From positions 48,337 to 90,905 of the forward strand of contig CAVKVE010000001.1 in NCBI GenBank assembly GCA_963659655.1: 42,569 bases of DNA. Reading direction: 5' to 3'. This DNA comes from Bacteroidaceae bacterium (GTDB taxonomy: Bacteria > Bacteroidota > Bacteroidia > Bacteroidales > Paludibacteraceae). A model generated the notes under the pieces. That model had not been told where the DNA came from and did no database searches. It was given only the letters and a program-made list of their open reading frames with translations. This document shows positions 28,854 to 38,096 of this stretch, piece after piece; the stretch's first letter is position 1; every line of letters starts with the position of its first letter. The translations under genes and the position numbers were made by a program.

Positions 28854-31679
28854 CTACATAGCTGCCCGCAGCGTAATACGAATACCGTTGCTTCGCCACC
28901 CTTTCAGTCTGTGCGAGTAGCCGTTTATGTCCGTCGCATCCAAGTGCGTGATACGCCGCACATAATCAATTCGTATAATTCGGAGGATGTTCTCCACGCC
29001 CACCGTAAATTCCATATACGGCATATAGGCGTGCTTCCCGTCGGAGAAGTCGGTGCGAGTAGGAATCACATCTCCATCTATGGTGAACGAGTTGGGCAGC
29101 ATATAGAGTCCCTCCGTCTTCTTTGGGTTGTTGCGGTCGCCGAGCCACCCTGCCAGAATGTGGAACGATGCCACTTCCCGCAGTTTGAGTACTTTGAGCC
29201 CCGGTATGCGGTTGAATATCAAGCCCTTCATGTAGTAGTTCAGGTGCAAATCCACATAGCGGTCGTACATAAACTCCAGCGGCTGCATCATGTTGAACGA
29301 TTTCGGGTCGAGCAGAATCGATTGGTTGGTCATCGGAGCAAACAACTTCGTGTAGGGTACCTTGCTGTCTGTTGCAATATAGCCAAAATCCCCGCTCACA
29401 TCCAAATGCCCAAACGCCGACAGCCAGAACCGTTTCTCGGCGGTGAACTGCATACGGTTGTAGAAATAGTGGTCTTCCAGTATGTAACCCATCTCGTTCG
29501 TAAAACGGAACACGGGCGCATCTTTCCACAAGTTGAACGGCGACTCTATTCCCTGTCGGTTGTTGTAGATATAGCCGCCGGGGCAGTAGCGCAACTGCAG
29601 CGTCCATTGCGCATCGTGGTAGTAGGGCGTTTCCTTGAAGGTATTGTTCATCACATACCGCAGCCGCAGCGGGTGGTCTTGGTCACGCATGGTGCCGTAG
29701 CCGCTCTGCAGCCAAGTCGAGCCGTTGGGTCGGTTGTTCATAAAGTCGAACCAAGTCAGAATAGAGAACTGATTTTCCCACTCTTTCTCGTAGGTCAGCC
29801 GCAGTTTCGCCACATATTGCATCGGCTTCGGCTGATAGTTAAACTTGATGGACATAAAAATGTGGTCACGGTCGAGCACCCGATAGGTCTGTCCCAACTC
29901 TTCGAGGTCATAACTTGCCATAAAAGCAATGTAGTGCCGCAGCGTCTGATAGGGGTGGTACTGTTTGGCGTTGAACGAGTAGAGAGCCGTCACAGCGCCT
30001 TTCACCTGCTTGTCCGCAAAGCCGTATGCAATATATTCGTTTGTAAACCAGTGCTTGTTTTGGTTCGCTGTTGTCATACCGCCCACACGCACACGGCAGC
30101 CCTCCTGCTCGTTGTAGCTGAAGGTCGTGAATATCGGGCCAAAGTCCCACTTACTCGAGTCGCGTTTCGAGGAGGTGGGTATAAACATACAGAGTAGGTC
30201 TTGCGCCGTATAGACCAACCGCCTGAATTTAGGCACTCGCATCAGTTCCACTTGCAGACTATCTACTACCGTTTCCTTTTTGGTCAGCCCTATCGGACGC
30301 AGCGAATCCCAAGTCGCCCGCTTCACCTTATCCGCATCGGGCAGAGTAATTTCCGAGCCGGTCATCACAAACAGGCTGTCGGGAATTGCCGAACCAAGGT
30401 CGTACCTACTGAAGTGCCGCGTCTGCCGAGCGTAGATGTTGTGTCTTGATTTCTTGCTTACGGCAAAGCGTATGTGCGTATTCATCTCCTCCGAGGCCCA
30501 CATACCGTTCTCCAATTGATAGAAGGTCTCCGAGATACTCATGTAGTTCACCCAGTTGAGGTTGATATGCGGCGGAATGTTTATCTTGTATCGTTTGAGC
30601 GCATAGGTCGAATCGTTCACGATATAGAGGTGTCCCGTAAATCCGAAGCTCTCGCTGTTGACCGGCACAAACGCCAAGTCGATACACGGCGTGTCCTCTA
30701 TCAGTACCGTGTCCATGATGTAGTAGTGATAGTAGCTCACCGCGAGCGACGACGACAGCGGGCTAACAAATCGGTTGAGCAGCAGGTTTATATCGTTCGA
30801 GAATATGTTCACGGGCTGGAACAGCGCATTCACATTGTTGTAAATACCGCCGTTGTCGAATAGTTTATCTAATCCTTCCCAACGCTTGGCTTTCACCACA
30901 CGCCGTTCCTTGCGGGGCGAAGCTTGCACATACTCGTCCGCCAGCGTCTCCCGCAGCGATACGGTCAGTATCGAGGTCTGATTGGCTTGCTCCACGGCAG
31001 CGTCTTTGGCGAGCACCACACTATCTACCCGCACGAGCGTAGTATCTCTATTGAGAGCCACGCTGTCTATCTGTACCTTTCCGCTGTCTATCACCAGCAC
31101 GCCGTCTTCTATCAGCATCGTGTCGGTGTAGTTGTATAGAAAGAGAAAGTCCCGCCAGAAAGCGTTCTTGTTCAGGTTGTAGTCAAAAGGTTCTATCGCC
31201 ATCACTAATTTTTCGTAGGTATCGGCTTTGTACGACACACTCCGCCCCACGCGGTTCTTGTCCTTGTTGGCTATCACATTCTTTATCAGTTCCACGGCGG
31301 GGTTGCCCTTGCGGCGATAGTGTTCCCGCTGCCGCTTGGGCTTCACCACCACATCTTGCAGCGCATACACTTCCGGCTCCATGGGCACAAATATCTCAGT
31401 CGCCTCGCCGGGCTTCACGGTGATGACCTTTTTCTTATAGCCCACCATCTGAAAGTACAGCGTTATCAGGTCTTTGTCGTTCTCCAGCGCAAAGTTTCCG
31501 TCAAGGTCGGAGGTGGTTCCGATAGAGGTACCTGCAAACACGATTTGCACAAAAGGCATGGTCTCGCCGGTGTTCACATCCACCACCGAGCCTGTCACGC
31601 GCGTGACAGCCGCCCACGCCGTCGAACCCACGCAAAGCCCGACCAACACACACACCATATAGCGCCACACCTGTTTCAT
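28854..31679 (-). CDS. DUF5686-like outer-membrane protein with an N-terminal carboxypeptidase-regulatory-like domain
   Basis: 941 aa. Signal peptide, then VTGSVVDVNTGETMPFVQIVFAGTSIGTTSDLDGNFAL (CarbopepD_reg-like), then a large beta-rich body ending ...NGIRITLRAAM. Confidence 0.75.
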   Translation of the reverse strand: MKQVWRYMVCVLVGLCVGSTAWAAVTRVTGSVVDVNTGETMPFVQIVFAGTSIGTTSDLDGNFALENDKDLITLYFQMVGYKKKVITVKPGEATEIFVPMEPEVYALQDVVVKPKRQREHYRRKGNPAVELIKNVIANKDKNRVGRSVSYKADTYEKLVMAIEPFDYNLNKNAFWRDFLFLYNYTDTMLIEDGVLVIDSGKVQIDSVALNRDTTLVRVDSVVLAKDAAVEQANQTSILTVSLRETLADEYVQASPRKERRVVKAKRWEGLDKLFDNGGIYNNVNALFQPVNIFSNDINLLLNRFVSPLSSSLAVSYYHYYIMDTVLIEDTPCIDLAFVPVNSESFGFTGHLYIVNDSTYALKRYKINIPPHINLNWVNYMSISETFYQLENGMWASEEMNTHIRFAVSKKSRHNIYARQTRHFSRYDLGSAIPDSLFVMTGSEITLPDADKVKRATWDSLRPIGLTKKETVVDSLQVELMRVPKFRRLVYTAQDLLCMFIPTSSKRDSSKWDFGPIFTTFSYNEQEGCRVRVGGMTTANQNKHWFTNEYIAYGFADKQVKGAVTALYSFNAKQYHPYQTLRHYIAFMASYDLEELGQTYRVLDRDHIFMSIKFNYQPKPMQYVAKLRLTYEKEWENQFSILTWFDFMNNRPNGSTWLQSGYGTMRDQDHPLRLRYVMNNTFKETPYYHDAQWTLQLRYCPGGYIYNNRQGIESPFNLWKDAPVFRFTNEMGYILEDHYFYNRMQFTAEKRFWLSAFGHLDVSGDFGYIATDSKVPYTKLFAPMTNQSILLDPKSFNMMQPLEFMYDRYVDLHLNYYMKGLIFNRIPGLKVLKLREVASFHILAGWLGDRNNPKKTEGLYMLPNSFTIDGDVIPTRTDFSDGKHAYMPYMEFTVGVENILRIIRIDYVRRITHLDATDINGYSHRLKGWRSNGIRITLRAAM

Positions 31680-31770
31680 TCTCTTTCCTACTATTTATTT
31701 CTCTTCGATTGCTTTTATTCTCTCCTATTATTTCACTCTTTTTCGGATTATTTATTCTCTCCGAGTTGCT

Positions 31771-33552
31771 TTATTCTCTTTCGGGTGAGGTGGGTATCGT
31801 TTTCAGTTTCATATTGGCGTCCAGCCCTACCACTACCGAAGCAATTCGCATTTTCTCGCTGTCAAAGCAGTACGCCGAGTCCAACTCTGCGTATTGTATT
31901 CCGCCTAAGTCGAGCAGTGTATGGAATAGATACATGGTGGACATCTTCTTCTCTCGGTTTGCCTCCATCGCAGCCGCCTTTTCGGGGTGCAAGGTCCGAT
32001 AGGCAGTGGAGGTCCAGACAAACAGAGGCACATGGTATTCGTAGTACGAGCCGGAGAAAGTGCCGTGCATCAGCATATTACGGTCGTCGTCCAGCAGGTT
32101 CTCTCCGTGGTCGGACACATAGACCACCACCGCAGGACGCCCCGTCTGCTCCACTTGTTGCAGCACCCCGTCAAGGAAGAAATCCACAAAGCGGATGGAG
32201 TTGTCGTACGAGTTGATGAATATCGACTTCAGGTTCCGGTACGCCGTTATGTTCTCCGCCTTCGTGTCCCGCCATACCAATCCGTTCGTTTGGTCATCTA
32301 TATCCACATTGTCCGACAGCAGTTCGCCGATGTTCATGCCGTTCATATCGGGCGTAAAATACTGAAATCCGTCAGGATAGCGTGACGAGTATTTGAAGTG
32401 GCTGCCTTTGGTGTGCATCACTATCATCTGTCGCTCGTTGCCTTGCCGCAGCACCTCGTGTAGCGGTGTCCATAGCATCGTGTCCACATCTTGCCCAGAC
32501 AGCCCGATGGTTCTGTACTGTTGGTAGTCGCAGGTGGCAGATATGCGTTGCAGAAAGTGGTTGTTAAAACTTTGGTCCGATATCCATGCCGTCTTGTAGC
32601 CTGCCTCAGCATAAGCCTCTACCACCGACTTTTCCCGCATATACAGTTCCTTATTTTCCGGTGTGGCACGCGAGAGCATAAACGGCACCGATACGGTCGT
32701 CAGGTTGGCTATCGAGTAGCAACTGTCGAACGCCACCACTTCTTCTCCTCTTGCGCACAGCAGCGGCGAGGTCTCTCGAGGATAGCCGTTGCGCTGCCAG
32801 TGGTCGTAGCGAGAGGTCTCTCCGATTACCAGCATCACCAGCGTCGAATCATTGCCCTGCACCGAACCAATCCCGAAGCTAAAATCCTCCAGCACCTTAT
32901 TGTGTTGCCGAATGTCGTATGCCATGTCGCTCAAGTGATAGAGATGCAACACAAAGTTTATCGGGCACACCTTCTCTGCACCTGCCCATGCGGTAGGGCG
33001 CGTATCGCGTTGCGTTATTTCAAACTCATTGCGGAATTTGGGCGCCAATCGCAGTGCCACGATGTTCACCTCGAAGAAAAGCAGTATCACCACCAGCGCA
33101 ATCATGCGTGGCTTGAGCGGTGCGATATATTCTTGGGCTATGTATTTGTGGTTCAGCGTAAAATAAACGCCCCATACCAGCAGAAACACAATCGCCGCAG
33201 GCCAATAGGTGGTGCATAGTTCGAAGAACTCCTGCTTGGTTGATTTCAGACAGGTAAATACAAACAGCAGCGAGGTCGTCGCTTGGTACATAACAAGATG
33301 CACCACTTCCACCACCGAGAACACGAACGACAGCGCCGCCACATAGAAGAAGGTGCGCCGCTTGAATACACACAGCCCCAACGCATAAAGAAGCACGCTC
33401 ACCAGCAGATAAATGGCCCGCTGCCCCAAGGTCAGCAGGTCCGTGGCAATGCACACTCCGATAAGGTTGGGCAGTAGCAGAAACACCAGCAGGCAGCCCA
33501 TCACGATTCGTTCGGACCACTTCATGGAATGTTCGTTTTGGGGCTTTGTCAT
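31771..33552 (-). CDS. Phosphoethanolamine transferase (EptA/sulfatase superfamily)
   Basis: 593 aa. About 5 N-terminal TM helices, then a sulfatase-type domain with LVMLVIGETSRYDHW and VVVYVSDHGENL. Confidence 0.85.
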   Translation of the reverse strand: MTKPQNEHSMKWSERIVMGCLLVFLLLPNLIGVCIATDLLTLGQRAIYLLVSVLLYALGLCVFKRRTFFYVAALSFVFSVVEVVHLVMYQATTSLLFVFTCLKSTKQEFFELCTTYWPAAIVFLLVWGVYFTLNHKYIAQEYIAPLKPRMIALVVILLFFEVNIVALRLAPKFRNEFEITQRDTRPTAWAGAEKVCPINFVLHLYHLSDMAYDIRQHNKVLEDFSFGIGSVQGNDSTLVMLVIGETSRYDHWQRNGYPRETSPLLCARGEEVVAFDSCYSIANLTTVSVPFMLSRATPENKELYMREKSVVEAYAEAGYKTAWISDQSFNNHFLQRISATCDYQQYRTIGLSGQDVDTMLWTPLHEVLRQGNERQMIVMHTKGSHFKYSSRYPDGFQYFTPDMNGMNIGELLSDNVDIDDQTNGLVWRDTKAENITAYRNLKSIFINSYDNSIRFVDFFLDGVLQQVEQTGRPAVVVYVSDHGENLLDDDRNMLMHGTFSGSYYEYHVPLFVWTSTAYRTLHPEKAAAMEANREKKMSTMYLFHTLLDLGGIQYAELDSAYCFDSEKMRIASVVVGLDANMKLKTIPTSPERE

Positions 33553-33716
33553 GCCTCTTTGTTTTCGGTTGTTTTTTTCAGTTCGTTACGACAGAATTCG
33601 AGCAGTTTGGTTGCCTCTGCCGCCTGTTCGTTGTATTCCTGCATGCTCAGTCCCTCCGAGTTCTCCAATTGTCGAACGAGGTTTTCGAGCTTTACTATCG
33701 CTTCATCATAATTCAT
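33549..33716 (-). CDS. xseB: Exodeoxyribonuclease VII small subunit (55 aa, below the ORF-track cutoff)
   Basis: My own translation gives MNYDEAIVKLENLVRQLENSEGLSMQEYNEQAAEATKLLEFCRNELKKTTENKEA*. It follows the XseB pattern (helical hairpin, E..L..L..IV..LE.G.LSL.E....). Its TGA overlaps the ATG of the downstream transferase (ATGA). Confidence 0.8.
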   Translation of the reverse strand: MNYDEAIVKLENLVRQLENSEGLSMQEYNEQAAEATKLLEFCRNELKKTTENKEA

Positions 33717-33750
33717 AATTCACAATTCGTAATTCTTAATTCTTAATTAT
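33710..33750. repeat. 6 x 7-bp AATT-core heptad array spanning the xseB start codon
   Basis: AATT at 33710, 33717, 33724, 33731, 33738 and 33745, an exact 7-bp period. Confidence 0.9.
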
Positions 33751-33753
33751 ACC

Positions 33754-35025
33754 TTACCTTCCTTTTCCGTCAATAATCACGCGGATGGTATAGAAAAGTA
33801 TTTTCAGGTCAAGGCGTATAGACATATTCTCCATGTAGGTGATGTCGTAGTTCAGCCGCTCCACCATTTTCTCGATGGTGTCCGTGTAGCCCACCCGTAT
33901 CGGCCCCCAGCTGGTCAGTCCGGGACGGATTTTGTAGAGCAGACAATAGTACGGCGCTTGTTGTACGATTTGTTCGATAAAATAGGCACGCTCCGGTCGC
34001 GGTCCTACGATAGACATATCGCCTCGCAGGATGTTCCACATCTGCGGCAGCTCATCGAGCCGATACTTTCGCAGGAAATGCCCTATCTTCGTGGTGCGAG
34101 GGTCGTTGTCTTGGCTCAGTTGCGGCACACCTTGCTCTGCGCCTACCACCATCGTGCGAAATTTGAGTATTTGGAATGGTACACCATGCAGACCGATTCG
34201 CTCCTGTCGGTATAGGATCGGTCCTTTCGAGGAGCAGGCCACCGCAATCGCCAGTGCCAGATACACAGGCGAGAACAGTATCATAAAGCACAGCGACGCC
34301 ACTACATCGGCGGCACGCTTGATACACAGCCCTTGGTCGCTCATCGTGTGTTCGGTGATACGCACCAACGGTTGGTCTTCTATTTCCACGATTCGAGCCG
34401 CACCCGTCAGCATATCATATACACGCGGCACCACCGAAATCTCCACATCAAGCGGATAGAGTCGGTTGATTATCGCGTATAGTGTTCGCTCGCTTTGGCT
34501 ATGGTCACCCTTCAGGTCGATTATCACCTCATCCACCTCGTTGCGCTGTATCTGTTGCGCCTCGGCTAAGCCGTGAATGGTACGCACGCGTCGCTTCTCA
34601 TGGCGTCGTGATACCAATGTGATAATCACACGCGGCAGCAGACACCATCCGAACTGCAATCCGAATAGCACGAATAGCGACACGATATACCGTGTGTAGT
34701 TTTCCACGGGGTCGTCAATCACTATACCAAAGAAAAAGACCAAGGTGATTACCACCGAGCTGAGCAGTGTTTTGGACAACACATCGGTCAGTTTCCCGAA
34801 GAAGGGCCGAAGGTAGAAGCCGGAAAGATAGTAGAACACCCCGCACACTATCGGATAAATGATGAGGGGTGGGTAGAATTGGAAGGTAGGAATCAGCACG
34901 CTGTCCATATTGAATATATGTCCATCGTACACGAGCCACCTGAACCACAAGAAGCAAAGCCAAACCATCTCCGCTGCGAGTAGGTCTGACACCACATAGA
35001 GTATCTGTTTCTGCCTATGCGTCAT
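33754..35025 (-). CDS. Polyprenyl-phosphate glycosyl-1-phosphate transferase (bacterial sugar transferase, WbaP/WcaJ-like)
   Basis: 423 aa. N-terminal TM helices, then KGPILYRQERIGLHGVPFQILKFRTM...DPRTTKIGHFLRKYRLDELPQMWNILRGDMSIVGPRPE. Confidence 0.9.
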   Translation of the reverse strand: MTHRQKQILYVVSDLLAAEMVWLCFLWFRWLVYDGHIFNMDSVLIPTFQFYPPLIIYPIVCGVFYYLSGFYLRPFFGKLTDVLSKTLLSSVVITLVFFFGIVIDDPVENYTRYIVSLFVLFGLQFGWCLLPRVIITLVSRRHEKRRVRTIHGLAEAQQIQRNEVDEVIIDLKGDHSQSERTLYAIINRLYPLDVEISVVPRVYDMLTGAARIVEIEDQPLVRITEHTMSDQGLCIKRAADVVASLCFMILFSPVYLALAIAVACSSKGPILYRQERIGLHGVPFQILKFRTMVVGAEQGVPQLSQDNDPRTTKIGHFLRKYRLDELPQMWNILRGDMSIVGPRPERAYFIEQIVQQAPYYCLLYKIRPGLTSWGPIRVGYTDTIEKMVERLNYDITYMENMSIRLDLKILFYTIRVIIDGKGR

Positions 35026-35034
35026 GCCCTGAGG

Positions 35035-35613
35035 CTATTTTCGGATAATCTCCACTTCGTTATGAACACCCAACTTTATGATACTGCTCGGCTTCTTCTC
35101 CTCCTCATCGTCCCTGCGGAATTGGCACACATAGTCGGCAGCCGACAGCACGGCTTCGCTTATCTGGCGGTAGTTTTTCGCCGTCGGCTCACCGCTGATG
35201 TTCGCTGAAGTGGATACAATAGGCTTATGCAGCCGCTCACAGAGTGCTTTCGAGAACGGCTCCTCAGTGATTCGTATCCCGACGCTCCCGTCTTCGGCAA
35301 TCAGGTTCTTTGCCAAGTTCTTTGCGCCCGGATAGATAATGGTCAGCGGCCGCTGTCCCTCTGCCGTATCGAGCAAGTCCCACGCCACGGAGGGAATCTC
35401 CTCCACATACCCTTGCAGTTTGCCCACCGCATCGAGCAGCACCAACATCGACTTGGTGTCCGCTCTATGCTTGAGCGCATACACTTTTGCCACCGCCTCC
35501 TCGTTGGTGGCATCGCACCCGATGCCCCACACCGTGTCGGTCGGATACACGATCACGCCGCCTGCCTGCAGCACGCGTACCGCTTCGTCCAAATCCGCTT
35601 TGTCGTACCTCAC
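35035..35613 (-). CDS. tsaC: L-threonylcarbamoyladenylate synthase (TsaC/YrdC family)
   Basis: 192 aa with a GTG start. Motifs VIVYPTDTVWGIGCDATNEEAV...K.R...K.M.VL and PIVSTSANISG. Confidence 0.9.
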   Translation of the reverse strand: MRYDKADLDEAVRVLQAGGVIVYPTDTVWGIGCDATNEEAVAKVYALKHRADTKSMLVLLDAVGKLQGYVEEIPSVAWDLLDTAEGQRPLTIIYPGAKNLAKNLIAEDGSVGIRITEEPFSKALCERLHKPIVSTSANISGEPTAKNYRQISEAVLSAADYVCQFRRDDEEEKKPSSIIKLGVHNEVEIIRK

Positions 35614-35616
35614 TTG

Positions 35617-35668
35617 CTAATTAGAAATTAGGAATTAGGAATTAGGAATTAGGAATGATGAATGATTA
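35617..35668. repeat. AATT-core heptad array ((AGGAATT)n) ending 3 nt upstream of the tsaC start
   Basis: AATT at 35619, 35626, 35633, 35640 and 35647, then degenerate AATG at 35654 and 35661. The core is GAATTAG GAATTAG GAATTAG GAATTAG. Confidence 0.9.
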
Positions 35669-35695
35669 GCCTTATTGCCTCTAAAGCAATCAGGG

Positions 35696-37192
35696 TTATC
35701 GCTTATACTCCTCCCACTTGGTGTTTCGCATATCGCCGCTCTTGAGGAACTCCTCGTGCATAGCGAGTGCGCAACTCAGCACATGCGGTGTATGCGCCGT
35801 CTTTGCCATCGCCAAGTACTCGTTGAGCATCGGACGATACTGCGGGTCTACACAGTGGTCGATTATCGTATGCGCACGCTGTATCGGGCTCTTGCCACGC
35901 AAGTCGGCGATGCCGTGTTCCGTGATGATGACCTTCACACTATGCTCGCTGTGGTCGAGGTGGCTCACCATCGGCACAAAGGCCGAGATACACCCACCCT
36001 TGGCGGTTGACGGCGTAGTATAGATGCTGATGTAGGCGTTGCGGGTGAAGTCGCCCGAGCCGCCGATACCGTTCATCATCTTCGTGCCACAGACATGCGT
36101 TGAGTTGATATTGCCGTAGATGTCGGCCTCCAATGCGGTGTTGATGGTTATCAAGCCCATGCGTCGTGCCACTTCGGGGTTGTTGCTTATCTCCTGCGGA
36201 CGCAGCACAATCTTATCGCGGAAGAAGTCGATATGGTCGATGATGTCTTGCAACTTGTCTGCCCCTACAGTCAGCGAGCAGCCGCTGGCGAACTTCACAC
36301 GCCCCTCCTTCATCAAGCCCACCACCGAGTCTTGAATCACCTCGGTGTACATCTCAAATGCGGGAATATGCTTATTCTCGCCCAATGCACCCAATACGGC
36401 GTTGGCAATGTTTCCTACGCCCGACTGTATAGGCAAGAACGACTGCGGAATACGCCCCTCGCGCATCTCCGTCTCGAGGAACAACGCCACATTTGCACCA
36501 ATCCGTGCCGTCGTGTCGTCTAACGGCGAGAACTTACCTACCTCGTTCGGACGATTCGTGCGTACTACCGCCACAATCTTGGCAGGGTCTACCTGGATAT
36601 GGTCTTTGCCGATACGGTCGGACGGCTTGTAGATAGGTATCTCTCGGCGAGCAGGCGGGTCGAGCGGCTCGTAGAGGTCGTGCAGCCCCCGCATGGTGGC
36701 AGGCATCGCCTCGTTGAGTTCAACGATAATTTTCGGTGCCAATTCACAGAAAGTCAGCATATTGCCCACACCGGCAGTCGGCACGATGACACCCTCTTCA
36801 TCCACATAGCATGCCTCGATAATGGCAAAGTCGGGCTTGCGCAGAAAACCATAGCGCAGGTCTTGTGCCAATTCACTCAAGTGCATATCAAAGTAGTGTG
36901 CACCCTGTGCGTTAAGCTCGGCACGCAGGTCTTTGTTGCCTTGGTAGGGCGTACGGAAATCGATGGCATGCGCACGAGCAAGGGCACCGTCGCAACTATC
37001 GCCGGTGGAAGCGCCCGTATATACGCCTATTTTGTAGGGTTTGCCTTCAGCGTGCAGAGCCTCCGCACGATGAGCAATCGCTGTCGGTACATCTTTCGGA
37101 GCGCCGGCGGGGGTAAAACCGCCCATGCCTACAGCGGCTCCATTGGGTACGAGTAATGCAGCCTCTTCGGCTGTCATAAAAGGAAGTGCCAT
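35696..37192 (-). CDS. Acetyl-CoA hydrolase/transferase family protein (succinate CoA-transferase-like)
   Basis: 498 aa: MTAEEAALLVPNGAAVGMGGFTPAGAPK..., MMNGIGGSGDFTRNA and DHSEHSVKVIITEHGIADLRG. Confidence 0.9.
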   Translation of the reverse strand: MALPFMTAEEAALLVPNGAAVGMGGFTPAGAPKDVPTAIAHRAEALHAEGKPYKIGVYTGASTGDSCDGALARAHAIDFRTPYQGNKDLRAELNAQGAHYFDMHLSELAQDLRYGFLRKPDFAIIEACYVDEEGVIVPTAGVGNMLTFCELAPKIIVELNEAMPATMRGLHDLYEPLDPPARREIPIYKPSDRIGKDHIQVDPAKIVAVVRTNRPNEVGKFSPLDDTTARIGANVALFLETEMREGRIPQSFLPIQSGVGNIANAVLGALGENKHIPAFEMYTEVIQDSVVGLMKEGRVKFASGCSLTVGADKLQDIIDHIDFFRDKIVLRPQEISNNPEVARRMGLITINTALEADIYGNINSTHVCGTKMMNGIGGSGDFTRNAYISIYTTPSTAKGGCISAFVPMVSHLDHSEHSVKVIITEHGIADLRGKSPIQRAHTIIDHCVDPQYRPMLNEYLAMAKTAHTPHVLSCALAMHEEFLKSGDMRNTKWEEYKR

Positions 37193-37205
37193 GATATTAT
37201 GTGTT

Positions 37206-37237
37206 TTATATGTTTCTTTCTATATATGTTTCTTTCT
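37206..37237. repeat. Exact 2 x 16-bp tandem duplication in the CoA-transferase leader
   Basis: TATATGTTTCTTTCTA occurs twice (37206-37221 and 37222-37237), 14 nt from the start codon at 37192. Confidence 0.9.
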
Positions 37238-37285
37238 ATATTACTCGGTCAAAATGCATACATTTTGCCAAAATCATATCGCCTG

Positions 37286-37293
37286 CAAAGATA
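37286..37293 (-). promoter_or_regulatory. Candidate -7 box (TATCTTTG on the - strand) for the CoA-transferase gene
   Basis: The + strand CAAAGATA at 37286-37293 reads TATCTTTG on the - strand, about 95 nt upstream of the start. Confidence 0.35.
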
Positions 37294-37336
37294 CGCATTT
37301 TTCCGCACACCACCAAATCTATTCACAATGTCGGGA

Positions 37337-37434
37337 GTGTGACGAGAGAGTGTGGTGCCGAGAGTATGGCGTCGAGAGCGGTGCGATGAGAGTGAGGCGC
37401 CGAGTGTATGGCAATGAGAGTACGGCATCGAGAA
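37337..37434. repeat. 7 x 14-bp degenerate tandem array (consensus TRTGGCRYCGAGAG)
   Basis: GTGTGACGAGAGAG TGTGGTGCCGAGAG TATGGCGTCGAGAG CGGTGCGATGAGAG TGAGGCGCCGAGTG TATGGCAATGAGAG TACGGCATCGAGAA. Confidence 0.85.
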
Positions 37435-37515
37435 AAGCAGAGTGCAGCAGAGGGGTGACAGAAGCTACTACAACTTCCTACCCCATCGCTGCACTCCACT
37501 CGGAACGGAATAGTA

Positions 37516-37821
37516 CTACAATTTAGCGTACTCCTGCGCAATAACAAAGCCACGAAGCGTCTGGTAACGGGACTGCTTCTTGAACGCTACCTCATACTGC
37601 GCACGCTGCGTGGGGTCGGCAAGCGCCGCCACGGATGCTGCCACCGCATTCTTGAATTTGGTCCTTGCCGCCTCTTCGCTCTCCGAACAAGCCGAAGTGC
37701 GAGGGTTACATACTTGCGAGGTATAGGCCGTATGGCGTACCTGCTTGAAAATGATTTTGGCGTGCTTGCACACCTTTCCCCGTATAGACAAGAACGGGGC
37801 TTCGAGAGTGATCTTACTCAT
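37516..37821 (-). CDS. Hypothetical small basic protein
   Basis: 101-aa ORF (MSKITLEAPFLSIRGKVCKHAKIIFKQVRH...). Its composition looks coding-like and no competing ORF exists. I recognise no family. Confidence 0.5.
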   Translation of the reverse strand: MSKITLEAPFLSIRGKVCKHAKIIFKQVRHTAYTSQVCNPRTSACSESEEAARTKFKNAVAASVAALADPTQRAQYEVAFKKQSRYQTLRGFVIAQEYAKL

Positions 37822-37961
37822 AGTTGTGTTGAATTTTGTTGTGTGTAATTTTATAATGTGTGATTATTACTGTTGCGATAAATCACTGCCGTGTAGTTGT
37901 AAATAGTTGATATTTATGTTCTTATAAGTATTCTTTGATTTTTTCGATTTGAAATGAATGC

Positions 37962-38030
37962 TTTCCTCTATTTTTCGTGAGCATTGCGAGCAGGATGTCT
38001 CATATTCCGCAAGCGGCAAGAAAAAGGAAT
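37962..38030. repeat. Dispersed intergenic sequence blocks, copy 2 (block B 37962-37977, block A 38007-38030)
   Basis: TTTCCTCTATTTTTCG and CCGCAAGCGGCAAGAAAAAGGAAT match 209-224 and 168-192. Confidence 0.8.
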
Positions 38031-38096
38031 AATTGCCAACAGCGTTCGGAAAAAGACGGTGCAAAGGTAGTGGGTTTGCGCAATACGGTGAGTGGT

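Noticed and set aside
33546-33746. 66-aa + strand ORF
   Set aside because: It is antisense to the xseB gene identified here and runs into the AATT heptad array.
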